Of a stretch of DNA of 64,000 nt, positions 36,809 through 46,693 are shown one piece after another (the stretch's first letter is position 1; each line of letters starts with the position of its first letter). The translations under genes and the position numbers were made by a program. The notes under the pieces are model-generated. The model ran no database searches and was not told the DNA's origin. It saw only the letters and a program-made list of their open reading frames with translations. Location: the NCBI GenBank assembly GCA_965140785.1, contig OZ223475.1, forward strand, positions 96,001 through 160,000, read 5' to 3'. This stretch comes from an uncultured Ruficoccus sp. GTDB taxonomy: Bacteria > Verrucomicrobiota > Verrucomicrobiia > Opitutales > Cerasicoccaceae.

Positions 36809-39223
36809 TTACCATGAGAAAAGGACGGCTCCGCTTACGCGTTCTACGGTTTCGAGCATGGGGCCGTGTTCGGTGTTGATCGTTTTGAGCTCGGGCGTTT
36901 TGCCGCCGACAAAGGGCCATTTGGGATTCTCCAAGAGCGTCGGTGTGGCATCGGTGGGCGGGAAAAAGCGAATCTTCGCTTCCTTGAGGCCATCAGCGCG
37001 TACGCGACGGGTTACGCCAAACTGGACGGACGTTTGCTCGCGGAAACTGACAACGCCGGCGTCTTGTTCGATGAAAACGCGGCACTCGTTGCGCCAGCCA
37101 CGCGCCTGATGGAAGTGCGCGATTCCGCCGCGCAGGCGTGTTTCGAGACCGAGCATCAGAGGCGCACCAAAAGGCGTGTGCAGGGAGTATTCCACGGTGG
37201 TGTCGGGCGTGTAGCCGGAGAAAAACCAGCCGTTGTCGTGCCGGTGGATGGACAGGACCGGTAGGCACTGGCTCCGTGTTTCGGCCTTGAAGCCGATATG
37301 CCAGCCAAGCTTTCCGATTGTGCGTCGAATGAGTTCTCCGAGGGGAAAGGTGGTGGCGGTGTCATCGTGGGCGGGCAGGCGATTCCTTTTTGAGAGGCCG
37401 AGTGGCAGCGGTCCGCGCACCCAGGTCAAAATGCCTCCACTCGGGGAGGTGTAGTGACTTGCCAATACACGCTCTTCGCCATTCTTCCGGGCGACAGCGT
37501 CGGTCTTAGCGCCTTCCGCTGGGCGCTCGCGCAAGGTCCCGCCGGACATGGTCGTGCGGTGGATAAAGGTGTCGGGCTCGATGCCGTCTTCGAAACGGTC
37601 GGACACCGGGAGCGTAGTGGCCGCTTCCATCGTTCCTTCGAGCGGATCCGCCAGCTCCAGTTGGAGGCGTTCGCGCAGCCGGGTAGAGTGGTCGAGGGGG
37701 CCGTAGACGAGAATGTTCTGGCCACTCTCGACCCACGCGAGCAGTTGTTCTTCGCTCGTTTTGTCAAAAGGCGTGGGGGTGATCAGCAGGCGTCCGCCAA
37801 GCGCTGCACGCTGCTTTTCGCCCAGCTCGGTAAAGGCTCGCGTGCTGATGACGGAGTTGACCGGCAGGCCATTGTTAATGGCCTCGCGCATAAACCAATC
37901 CACGTGGAAAAGCCGCTCTGGTTGCCGGGGTTCGCTAAACATGGCGTCGTGAAGCTGGTCGAAGGGATAGAGCCAGACGATGGGCCCGGCGGCGTCGGGA
38001 CGTTCGTCCCAGGCGCGCAGCAGGTGCGGGGCGCAGGTGTCGGGGACGGCGTCGGGCATGTTACCGTGGGAGTCGTCGATGGTCATCAGGCCAAGGGTCT
38101 GGGGCACTTCGGTCTTACCTTCTGCGGTGATCCGCGCCGATGCCAGCGGCAGGTAGATGTCGTGCGGCTGGCGCTCGTAGCGATCGAGCCAAGGGCTGTT
38201 CAGCCACCACGGGTCATGGGTGTAAAAACGAAACGGAAACTCCTCGCCGGGGGGGAGTTCCACGATGCGGCTGAGGTACCCGGCCAGCTCTATCCCGAAA
38301 TCGCCGTTGATGGCGGCCCAGGGTGAGTTGGGGGGAGGGGCCATGTTGAAGTCCCCGTCGTAGATTTCGCGCAGCGGAGTAGCGTCGCTGGCCAGGTCGG
38401 TTGCTGTGCCGAGGTTCGTGCCGCGGGTTTCTACACGCCGGTCCGGACACTCACGCCGAAAGTCCTTCCAGAAGGCGAGGATGCGGTCGCGCGTTTCATT
38501 TGCCAGCTCGGGCTGGAAGGTGGCACCGTCAAAGAGCGGGCCGACAGCCATCCATGTCTCCATCCCGAAGCCGAAGCCGTTCGAGAGCCATAGGTAGTCG
38601 GCGTCCAGATCGTCGGCCAGTCGCTGAAACTGGCGACCGAGAAAAGTCCCCATGCTGGTGTCCTGCGGGATGCCTTTGGGGAACCCGGCATAGTTGCGGT
38701 CATCTGCGTTGAGGATACCGTAGCAGCAGACAAAGCTGCCTTTGCCACTGGTGTCGGCGAGGCAGATCTCCGGGTGGGTTTCGTATTTAAACTTGGAGGG
38801 GGCGAACTCGCCGCTGGGGTCAAAAGTCAGCCCGATGCGTACGGGCTTGCCGATGGCGGCAACAGCCTCGCGCCAGACGGCTACGATCTCGGCAAAGCGC
38901 CGGTAGGTGATTTTTTCGACCCCGTCGCGGTAAAAATGAGGGTGTTTGTACAGGCTGACTCCCTCCGGGTCCGCCGGTATATACGGGTGGAGGTGGGGAT
39001 TGGCGTTACCCTGATAGCGGGCCCACTCCATTTCGTCGTCAAGGTTGCCGGAGTATTCCAGGATTTCCGAGCCGTCCGAGGCCCAGAACATCACTGAGAG
39101 CGTGTCGGCGCGCTCGATCAGAATACGCCACTGCCGCAGGGCGTGGTCACAGACCGCGCGGAGACCATCGTGATCGAGCCCGTAAAAGGGCTTCAGGGAG
39201 ACTTCCAAGGTGAAAATTTTCAT
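36809..39223 (-). CDS. Conserved hypothetical ~805 aa protein, candidate carbohydrate-active enzyme (paralog 2)
   Basis: Start MKIFTLEVSLKPF aligns with MKLKNVTLELSSKPF of 27893..30337; same conserved blocks throughout. Confidence 0.78.
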   Translation of the reverse strand: MKIFTLEVSLKPFYGLDHDGLRAVCDHALRQWRILIERADTLSVMFWASDGSEILEYSGNLDDEMEWARYQGNANPHLHPYIPADPEGVSLYKHPHFYRDGVEKITYRRFAEIVAVWREAVAAIGKPVRIGLTFDPSGEFAPSKFKYETHPEICLADTSGKGSFVCCYGILNADDRNYAGFPKGIPQDTSMGTFLGRQFQRLADDLDADYLWLSNGFGFGMETWMAVGPLFDGATFQPELANETRDRILAFWKDFRRECPDRRVETRGTNLGTATDLASDATPLREIYDGDFNMAPPPNSPWAAINGDFGIELAGYLSRIVELPPGEEFPFRFYTHDPWWLNSPWLDRYERQPHDIYLPLASARITAEGKTEVPQTLGLMTIDDSHGNMPDAVPDTCAPHLLRAWDERPDAAGPIVWLYPFDQLHDAMFSEPRQPERLFHVDWFMREAINNGLPVNSVISTRAFTELGEKQRAALGGRLLITPTPFDKTSEEQLLAWVESGQNILVYGPLDHSTRLRERLQLELADPLEGTMEAATTLPVSDRFEDGIEPDTFIHRTTMSGGTLRERPAEGAKTDAVARKNGEERVLASHYTSPSGGILTWVRGPLPLGLSKRNRLPAHDDTATTFPLGELIRRTIGKLGWHIGFKAETRSQCLPVLSIHRHDNGWFFSGYTPDTTVEYSLHTPFGAPLMLGLETRLRGGIAHFHQARGWRNECRVFIEQDAGVVSFREQTSVQFGVTRRVRADGLKEAKIRFFPPTDATPTLLENPKWPFVGGKTPELKTINTEHGPMLETVERVSGAVLFSW

Positions 39224-39261
39224 GGGGGTGTTGAGTTTTTTTTCATGGGGGGTGTTAAGTT

Positions 39262-40080
39262 TTATAAAAGGGCGGGAGTGCGGGGGGGGCGTTCCGTTGC
39301 CAGGCGCTTGTTGGCGGGGACCATGTCCTTGCACCAGAGTTGTTCGATAGCAGCAGCGGCCTGCTTCAGGACGTTCAGGCTATGCGTGATCTGTTCCTCT
39401 TTACTGAGTCGAAGGGTGGGGGCGCTGGCCCCGATGCTGGCGAGAGTGCCGCCCCAGGGGTTACGAATGGGGACGGCCACGGCGCTGATGCCCTCGCAGT
39501 ATTCGTCGCAGGTGCGGGCGTAGCCGTCCTGCCTGACGCCAGCGAGCTCCGGGCGGAGCTTCTCGGGCGTATTCAGGGTTTGCGGGGTGAGCGCCTGCAG
39601 TTCTGTCTCGCGCAAGTAGTCCTCGAGCTCCTTATCACTGAGCGAGGCCAGCAGCACTTTGCCAAACGCGGTGCAGTAAGAGTGGCTGCTTAGCTCCTCG
39701 GGCTCCTGGACGCGCAGCGCGTGCTGAGAGGGGACGTATTTGAGGTTGATCATTCTGCCGTGCTCGATCGAGCCCAGCAGGATGCTTTCGTTTAATTGGC
39801 TGGCGACGTCATCCACGATTGCGCTCGCGGTGGATACAAGGGTGTGGCGGTAGCGGGGATGCTGCCCCAGAAGTACCAGGCGAATGCCGGGTTCGAACAG
39901 CTTGGTTTTGGGATCCTGGCGCAAGTAGCCGCGGTCACAAAAGGTCTGCGCGATATTATGCACGGTAGCGACGTTCATCCCGAGCTGTCCAGCCAGACTG
40001 CGCGTGCCAATTCCGTCCTGGCTGCGGAAGATCGCTTCTAGGATGGACAGACTTTTTTCCAGTGTGGAAACACGCGGCAT
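39262..40080 (-). CDS. IclR-family transcriptional regulator
   Basis: TLEKSLSILE..HTH..ATVHNI; CTAFGKVLLA, T..T......L..EL..VR..GYA...E...GI..VAVPI effector domain. Confidence 0.93.
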   Translation of the reverse strand: MPRVSTLEKSLSILEAIFRSQDGIGTRSLAGQLGMNVATVHNIAQTFCDRGYLRQDPKTKLFEPGIRLVLLGQHPRYRHTLVSTASAIVDDVASQLNESILLGSIEHGRMINLKYVPSQHALRVQEPEELSSHSYCTAFGKVLLASLSDKELEDYLRETELQALTPQTLNTPEKLRPELAGVRQDGYARTCDEYCEGISAVAVPIRNPWGGTLASIGASAPTLRLSKEEQITHSLNVLKQAAAAIEQLWCKDMVPANKRLATERPPRTPALL

Positions 40081-40670
40081 TTTTATGTTTAAATAAAATA
40101 AACAGAATGGATTGTCTGCTCGGAACAAATGTATTTAAATCGCTATGATTACTCTTAAATACTCGAAATATTCGCGTTTCAAGGAAAAATTCCAAATTTC
40201 TTGTGTTTAATATTTACGAACAGATTAGTTGTTGGGCGGTGCTTGCATTAAAACAGCCCCGGGTGGGGCAGGCAGCATATCTAGCCCGCCGACTAGCGAT
40301 TATCGGCCGCACATGGGCACAGCTAACGCGGGTCGACACTCGTAGTGCCGGAATCGGTATCGCTTGGGGACCGTTTTCAGGCAACGGTTAGGACCAAATG
40401 GCTGCGCCCGCCGAGGTGGCTTTCTGCACGGCGCGGTGCCATTCGGCTTCGCAGCGACCGAGGAATTTTTCCCAGCCATTCAGTGTGCCGTTCGAACCAT
40501 AGTCGCGCATGGTATCTTCGTAGAGCTCGCCATGCGGTCCATTTGAGTATGCTATTTTATGATTTCTCATACATTGACAGCAACTTACGGTTTTTTTGAG
40601 AAAGTGACCGTGTCCACTTAAACTGAGCCGCTTGCAAAGTTAGTCTGAGTGCTTAGAAAGGACTCAGACG

Positions 40671-40937
40671 ATGAAAGGCAAGCGATACAGTACAGAGCAA
40701 AAAATCCGCATTTTACGCGCCGCTGATGCTGGCAGAGCGATCGTGGATGTCTGCCGCGAGGCAGGGATCAGCGAGCAGACGTTCCACCGCTGGAAGCGGG
40801 AGCTTGGGATGCTGGAAGTCGATCAGGCCAAGCAACTGAAGGAACTGCAAAAGGAGAACGCTCGGCTGAAGCGTATGCTGGCGGACGAGATACTTGGTAA
40901 GGAGCTGCTGAAGGAGGCGCTCGAAAAAAAATGGTAA
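40671..40937 (+). CDS. IS3 transposase OrfA
   Basis: MKGKRYSTEQKIRIL...VCREAGISEQTFHRWK HTH plus leucine zipper LKELQKENARLKRML. Confidence 0.92.
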   Translation: MKGKRYSTEQKIRILRAADAGRAIVDVCREAGISEQTFHRWKRELGMLEVDQAKQLKELQKENARLKRMLADEILGKELLKEALEKKW

Positions 40938-41911
40938 GCCCTGCACACAAGCGCGAGATGGCGCAAACTCTGGTGTCGCAGGGCAGATGTTCAGCGCGGG
41001 CGGCCTGCCGTCACTTTGGGTTGCATCGCAGTACCTTCGGCTATCAGGCGAAGGAGACTACGCCCTGGTTGGCAAAGTTACGTGGGGCTTTGCGTCGCAA
41101 GAGCGAAGCGCATCCCGAGCTGGGTTACCCGAAAATCACTCATCTACTCAAGCGCGATGGTTGGGACGTAGGTAAGCGGCTGGTGCAGCGCCTGCGCCAG
41201 GAGATGGGGCTGAAGTGTCCGACTAAGAAGCCTCGTCAGCGTCGGCGCGGCCCCTCGACGGGCTTACCGACAAAGGCTACTCATCGCAACCACGTGTGGA
41301 CCTGCGACTTCGTGGCCGACCGTACGGCTAAGGGCGGATCAATCCGCATGCTCACGGTACTCGATGAGTACACCCGTGAGTGCCTGTGCATCCACGTCGA
41401 TCGCCACCTCAACGCCGCCAAGGTGCGAGCCGTCATGAGCGAGTTGATCAGTGCCTACGGCAGCCCCGAGCACATCCGTAGCGACAACGGCAGCGAGTTT
41501 ATCGAGAAGAGCCTGCGTAAATGGTACGCGGACGAGGAGATCAAGACGCTCTACATTGAGCCGGGCAGTCCCTGGCAGAACGGCTACATAGAATCCTTCA
41601 ACGGCAGACTCCGCGATGAGTGCCTCAACCGCGAGTGGTTTTATACGCTCACCGAGGCACGCGTGGTCATTGAGGACTGGAGGTGGAAATACAACAACAT
41701 CCGCCCGCACCGTTCACTCGGACTGCTCACGCCGCTCGAGTTTGCAGCCAAAGAAACCGCACCAACCCCCTTCGACATCAACTTCCAAGGCATGGGCTAC
41801 ACTCGGGCTACGCCCTCCTTGCGCCCAAGCCTTGACACCCTCTACAACCTAACCCTAAATCACATCATTAACCCGCTCAGACTAACTCTCAATGCGGTAC
41901 AGTTTGCGTAG
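40931..41911 (+). CDS. IS3 transposase OrfB (DDE), fused to OrfA by a -1 frameshift
   Basis: VWTCDF, LDEYTREC, IRSDNGSEF, PGSPWQNGYIESFNGRLRDECLN; A8 run at 40924-40931. Confidence 0.92.
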   Translation: MVSPAHKREMAQTLVSQGRCSARAACRHFGLHRSTFGYQAKETTPWLAKLRGALRRKSEAHPELGYPKITHLLKRDGWDVGKRLVQRLRQEMGLKCPTKKPRQRRRGPSTGLPTKATHRNHVWTCDFVADRTAKGGSIRMLTVLDEYTRECLCIHVDRHLNAAKVRAVMSELISAYGSPEHIRSDNGSEFIEKSLRKWYADEEIKTLYIEPGSPWQNGYIESFNGRLRDECLNREWFYTLTEARVVIEDWRWKYNNIRPHRSLGLLTPLEFAAKETAPTPFDINFQGMGYTRATPSLRPSLDTLYNLTLNHIINPLRLTLNAVQFA

Positions 41912-41919
41912 GCAGGTCA

Positions 41920-42570
41920 ATTCGTCCTGATCCCGGAGGCAAATTCCACCTGAATTGGCACTCCTTCATCGCCTCTCACATGGACGTATTAGCTGCGACT
42001 GATTTTTTCACGACCGAGGTTTGGACGCTCCGCGGACTCGTTCGCTACCACATCCATTTCGTCATTGATATGGCGACCCGCAAGGTGAAGGTGACGCATA
42101 TTTCCTGCCAGTGGTGTGGCAAGGTGATGGAGCAGGTCGCCCGCCAGATGGTTGATGCCATCGACGGCCCGTTGCTGACCAAACGCTATCTCATCATGGA
42201 TCGTGACCCGCTTTATACCACAGCCGTTCGCAAAGTCCTTACCGATGCAGGAATCAATCTTGTGCGTTGTCCACCGCAGAAACCCGTCGTCAATATTTAC
42301 GCGGAGAGGTTTGTCAAAAGCATTAAAAATGAATGTACGGACAAGCTGATATTCTTTGGCGAGAAATCGCTTCGATACGCGATTTCTGAATACATCGAGC
42401 ACTATAATTCTGAGCGCAACCATCAGGGAATCAGCAATAAATTGATCGACCCTAAGCCCGGAACCACGACCGAAGAGCATGGCTCGGATGTCATTGATTT
42501 TCAGGAGCTAATCGTAAAAAGTGGACGCCTGGGTGGGCTCCTGAATTTCTACCAGCGCAAGGCTGCCTGA
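41920..42570 (+). pseudogene. 5'-truncated rve transposase (diverged homolog of 35334..36473)
   Basis: Begins IRPDPGGKFHLNWHSFI (cf. IRPSPERGSRLNWKTFI) directly at the IS3 right end; AATDFF, DRD, YAERFVKSIK.EC, ERNHQG, RLGGLL retained. Confidence 0.85.
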
Positions 42571-42804
42571 GCCTTCATTCAGTTAAGGAATCTTTTAGGA
42601 GCGAGGACAGACGGTAGGGTCCCGTAGCAGACCGGTCCGTTTGAGAGACATCTCGATTTTTTCATTTCCCACAAACGGCTCTCTAATATACCCAGACCGC
42701 TTGCTGACGCTCAAAAACTCTATCGCCGCTTGAAAGGGCTTTTTCAGGGACGACTAACATATTGATTCGGCGCTTGAAATTAGCCGACTTATAGCCCGTT
42801 GGAA

Positions 42805-43509
42805 CTATGCATGCTTTCGGCGTACCCACAGGGCAATCAAGGCCGATACAGCCAAGAGTGCTGGCACGGTCGAAGGCTCAGGAATGCTGGAAAGGTCGGT
42901 TGCGACAACGAAATTATCGATCGTCAACCCTGTAGAGCCCGTCCCAAACCGGACCTGTGAATATGGCCCCAGGTTATTGTCTGCCACATTCGCATCTGGA
43001 GTCCCGATGTCGCTGAGATTGCTGGGATTGACCCAAAGGGAGACCAGGTCAGGGGTTAGAGGCGTAGTTGCAGCGTTGACGTTATATTCTACATGCCCCA
43101 GGAGACGGACCGTTTCACCGGCTACCCAGGACGTGTCTGAGTAGGTGTCAGTTACAAATGGACCGTCGATACCCCAAGTCGAATGAGCGGTGTCGCGACC
43201 GAACATGAGAACCTCTGTGTCGCCGTCATAAAACGACACACCGCCCCAACTGTTTGAATCGATGGAGATTTCGAAGCTCACCCAGAAATCGGTATTGTCA
43301 GTTGCTTGAATGACATTTTCGAATGCGCGGAAATTCTGGCCAGTAGCCGAATACACGCCATCGGCCACATGGCCGGAGCCCCAGTCAGTCGAGGGTGCCC
43401 AGCCAGTGCCACCGCCTACAGTACTGAAGTCATCAGAAATGGTAATGTCACCATTTACATTATAAGCCAGCAAGGATGCTACGATAGTAGTTATTGCGAA
43501 TGCGTTCAT
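42805..43509 (-). CDS. PEP-CTERM sorting domain protein
   Basis: Signal peptide; C-terminal IPEPSTV + hydrophobic helix + RRKHA. Confidence 0.9.
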   Translation of the reverse strand: MNAFAITTIVASLLAYNVNGDITISDDFSTVGGGTGWAPSTDWGSGHVADGVYSATGQNFRAFENVIQATDNTDFWVSFEISIDSNSWGGVSFYDGDTEVLMFGRDTAHSTWGIDGPFVTDTYSDTSWVAGETVRLLGHVEYNVNAATTPLTPDLVSLWVNPSNLSDIGTPDANVADNNLGPYSQVRFGTGSTGLTIDNFVVATDLSSIPEPSTVPALLAVSALIALWVRRKHA

Positions 43510-43726
43510 AGATATACAGTAGATTGAAATTTGCAGTTATTGCTAAAACAATAATATTTGTAGATTCGAGATTAAATTAAGCAACACATTGGTAGCAACA
43601 TTTAGGTTACAAGTGTAATGTATATAAATAATACGAATGATTTATGTTTATTAAATGCCCCTCGCGCGGCCATGGTGAGTTTGAGGTATAATTATTTACG
43701 AAAGAGGCACTGTGACACCAGCTTGG

Positions 43727-46675
43727 CTAGCGGATTGATATCTGCCATAGGTAGAAGACACTTGTATCTAAGCCCAATGGCTGCGTTCCGCCGTTAACAT
43801 TATCTATGGTGGACCAAGAGCTCATGTCGTCGCTTTCTTCCAGCTTCAGGTTGACTTGGAAGCCGTCTTGCAGGGTCATGACAGCCGGTTGAGCACGCAG
43901 CCCGCCTGCGGCATCTTTTCGGTAGTACTGTAGAGCGACTTGCTCGTTGAGGCTCCCGTAGAGGTTCTGCAACAGACTCTCCGCGAGGTCTAAATTGGTG
44001 GTGGTCGGGTCGAGCCCTTGGTTGATCTCCGCTAAGTCATTGACCAAGTCACCATCTGTATCCTTGATGGTTGGCTCAGTCCCGGCAAAGTACTCGCCGG
44101 CGTTATCGAGGCCATCATCGTCCGGGTCGCTGTCACCATCATACTCCAGAGAACCCAGCATCTCCTCCTCCCACGAATCGGGCAGGCCGTCCTTATCGAG
44201 GTCAGCTCCCTTCGGCACCCTGGCGATGGCAAAGTCGCCTTCGTAGTCCAAGCGCGCCCAGACGGTATTCGACTCCGTATCTATGCCCCATGTGCCGACC
44301 GGATCACTGTCCAGCGCAGCACGCATAACGGGCTCGGAGCTTCCATCTATATCTAGGATCGCCTCAACAGCATTCACCCAGCTACCTGGTGCATCGTCGT
44401 CGGGATCGAAATCAATGAAGGTTATGAGCGCCAGTTCATCTTCATGCGCGGAGAATGCCACGCCGTTGTATCCGAGAGCGAGCGTATAGGTGTCCGTGAG
44501 TTGATTTTCCGGTTCATATTCCATGCCATGCACGCTGACGATATCCGAGGCCAGATGGGCGGTGTCATCCTCATACCACTCCTCTTGTTTCCACCAACCC
44601 GTGCTAATGTTACGGTAGCCCTCAAACCGCTCCCCCGATTGCAGGTAAACACGATTGTCATGGTTCACCCCGTTGGTGATGGAAATCGTGGTGCCGATGT
44701 ATCCCTCCCCGGCAGGAGCACTGTCCACAATGCTCTGGTCATTGTAGCTGTCGTCCTGACCGATCGAAAACTGACGCCCGTTTAGCGAGTAGATGTAACG
44801 GTCTGCCATGTACCAATCTTTGAAACCATCGCCGTTATTTACGCACATGTAGGTTTCCAGTGTAACGAAGGGGCCATTGACGTACACCATCTCGAAGGCA
44901 ATCGGGCGTCTCGTGTACGAGGTGCTGTCTACAAGCGAATTCACATGTTGACTGGATACGGGCGAACGGGTCAATCCGTAGAACTTGTAGGAGGCCGAAC
45001 CGGTCGTCATATTAAAGAATTGCGGCTCACCATCGTTCATCACCATCGAGCGATCATAGATGTGATTATGACCGCTGAACCAACCATCGATGTTGTAGGC
45101 GATACCCGACTCGATAAAGTCACTTGGACTCCCGATATACTCGACCATGGCTGCATGCGTAGAAAGGGAGAAAAGGCCTGAATGCGAATAGGCAAAGATG
45201 TGCGCATCCGGAGACTGAAGTCGGATAGCATCAAACTGCGAATCCATCCAATGGCTGTAGTTCACGTTTGATCCGCCATTCCACATATCAAGGGCCACAA
45301 GCCAAACATCCTGGCTGGGATTGAAGACGAAGGAAAAATTGTCTTCGTTGGGGTTGATCGTCGATCCGCCAGGCACATTGGTCGGATCGACCACTGCCGC
45401 TTCCCCCGTAAACAAATAAGGGAACGCTTCTTCCCAAGCGGACACATTTCTGCTAGTTTTTCTGTAAGCATTCGTGTCGTGGTTACCACGCACGGGGTAA
45501 ACGAGAATCCCCGCCTGCTGTAGGGGCGCAGTCATGTAGGTATTGAATACCTCAAGCTGGCCGAGCTTACTGTCACCACTGACATTTCCGTCCGTTACGT
45601 CGCCAACATGAATGACAAAGTTTGGCTGATGCATGAGGAGTTGCTCGGTGATCGCAGCGGTCTCCGGTACGGGAACACCATTGGTATTGCCTTGCGTATC
45701 CGGGACGACACCGAATTTAAGCGCGCCGTTTTTACCGGGCTGCAAGGCGCGTGAGAGGGACGCACGGCTTGTCACTTCGATGGAAATAACGGCAGTATCC
45801 TGGCCCTCGTCGTTATCGGTGACACCGACAATGAACTCGTTAACCCCGACATGACTGAGCGTAGGCGTCCCGGAGAGATGACCGTCTGCATCAACGGACA
45901 GCCAGTTCGGGCCATCCACCAGGTAGTATTCAATCGGATCACCGTCGCCATCCGTGGCCAAGTCAGCTATAGATGCACTGTAGAGCGTTCCCACCTTGCC
46001 CGCACTCATCTCATAGCGATCATCACCAAAGGATGGCGCATTCACGACCATTGGCACATCGCCGGGTATCGTGACGGTGTCCAGAACAACCCAACCCCAT
46101 CCTCCGCTAAAACTGTCGATAAGGTCGAGCGTGTAGCGCTCGTCAGGGGCGTCGCCGGCAGTTGCGGTGGCAATCTCAGCCTCCGTCCAGCTAATTTGCT
46201 GCCAACTGGAACCCTGCTGGCTGGAACTGCGACGGCCGCTGAGCAGATAGGCCCCATCGCTTGCGCGTCGCAAAGCGAGCCCCAAAAAACCACTACTGGA
46301 AGATGAAGTCGGCAACGCATCAAAACTATCCCCCGGACTGGCTTGTCCACCCATGCCTCCCAATAGATAAAAAGATAAGTCGCCTGCTTCATAGAGCTGA
46401 AACTCGGGAGACCTGAATACGATCGTATTATGCGAGCTATCCCGCCCCCCAAAGGGAGTGGGGATCAGCATGTACGAGCCGCTTCCGGCTTGGCCGTAGG
46501 TGCGTCCCCCGTTGTTCGCATTACTCGAGGCGTAGCCAGTAACAGAGCCACCAGGAGTCGTAACCAGCGTCCAGTCCTCCATGCTCGCATTTTCAAAGGT
46601 GTACTGCAAAGCAGCCTGCAGGCTAGCAGCAAGGCTAAGCACAGCCGAAGAGATGATCAGTGTGGATAGTTTCAT
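43727..46675 (-). CDS. Secreted calcineurin-like metallophosphoesterase with Ig-like and DxDxDG repeat domains
   Basis: Signal peptide; PDTQ, HVGDVTD, RGNHD, SH, SGHNH motifs; DGDGDPIEY...GPNWLSV...LSGTP Ig-like unit; DxDxDG repeats. Confidence 0.85.
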   Translation of the reverse strand: MKLSTLIISSAVLSLAASLQAALQYTFENASMEDWTLVTTPGGSVTGYASSNANNGGRTYGQAGSGSYMLIPTPFGGRDSSHNTIVFRSPEFQLYEAGDLSFYLLGGMGGQASPGDSFDALPTSSSSSGFLGLALRRASDGAYLLSGRRSSSQQGSSWQQISWTEAEIATATAGDAPDERYTLDLIDSFSGGWGWVVLDTVTIPGDVPMVVNAPSFGDDRYEMSAGKVGTLYSASIADLATDGDGDPIEYYLVDGPNWLSVDADGHLSGTPTLSHVGVNEFIVGVTDNDEGQDTAVISIEVTSRASLSRALQPGKNGALKFGVVPDTQGNTNGVPVPETAAITEQLLMHQPNFVIHVGDVTDGNVSGDSKLGQLEVFNTYMTAPLQQAGILVYPVRGNHDTNAYRKTSRNVSAWEEAFPYLFTGEAAVVDPTNVPGGSTINPNEDNFSFVFNPSQDVWLVALDMWNGGSNVNYSHWMDSQFDAIRLQSPDAHIFAYSHSGLFSLSTHAAMVEYIGSPSDFIESGIAYNIDGWFSGHNHIYDRSMVMNDGEPQFFNMTTGSASYKFYGLTRSPVSSQHVNSLVDSTSYTRRPIAFEMVYVNGPFVTLETYMCVNNGDGFKDWYMADRYIYSLNGRQFSIGQDDSYNDQSIVDSAPAGEGYIGTTISITNGVNHDNRVYLQSGERFEGYRNISTGWWKQEEWYEDDTAHLASDIVSVHGMEYEPENQLTDTYTLALGYNGVAFSAHEDELALITFIDFDPDDDAPGSWVNAVEAILDIDGSSEPVMRAALDSDPVGTWGIDTESNTVWARLDYEGDFAIARVPKGADLDKDGLPDSWEEEMLGSLEYDGDSDPDDDGLDNAGEYFAGTEPTIKDTDGDLVNDLAEINQGLDPTTTNLDLAESLLQNLYGSLNEQVALQYYRKDAAGGLRAQPAVMTLQDGFQVNLKLEESDDMSSWSTIDNVNGGTQPLGLDTSVFYLWQISIR

Positions 46676-46693
46676 TGGGCGACGGAAAAGGTG

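Larger units (their letters stand above)
40605..41919 (+). mobile_element. IS3-family (IS407-group-like) insertion sequence
   Basis: TG...CA ends; imperfect IRs 40605-40649 and 41876-41919 (TGACC...AAACTG...AGTTAGTCTGAG); orfA/orfB in 0/-1 frames; no target duplication. Confidence 0.92.

Noticed and set aside
37454..38326. 290-aa + strand ORF
   Set aside because: Antisense shadow of 36809..39223, which is validated by its paralog.
39224..39334. Longest-ORF N-terminal extensions (also 10409, 15768, 35253, 40128, 49885, 52888, 59302)
   Set aside because: They overlap neighbours, promoters or operators, or precede the homologous/signal-peptide start; downstream starts were used instead.
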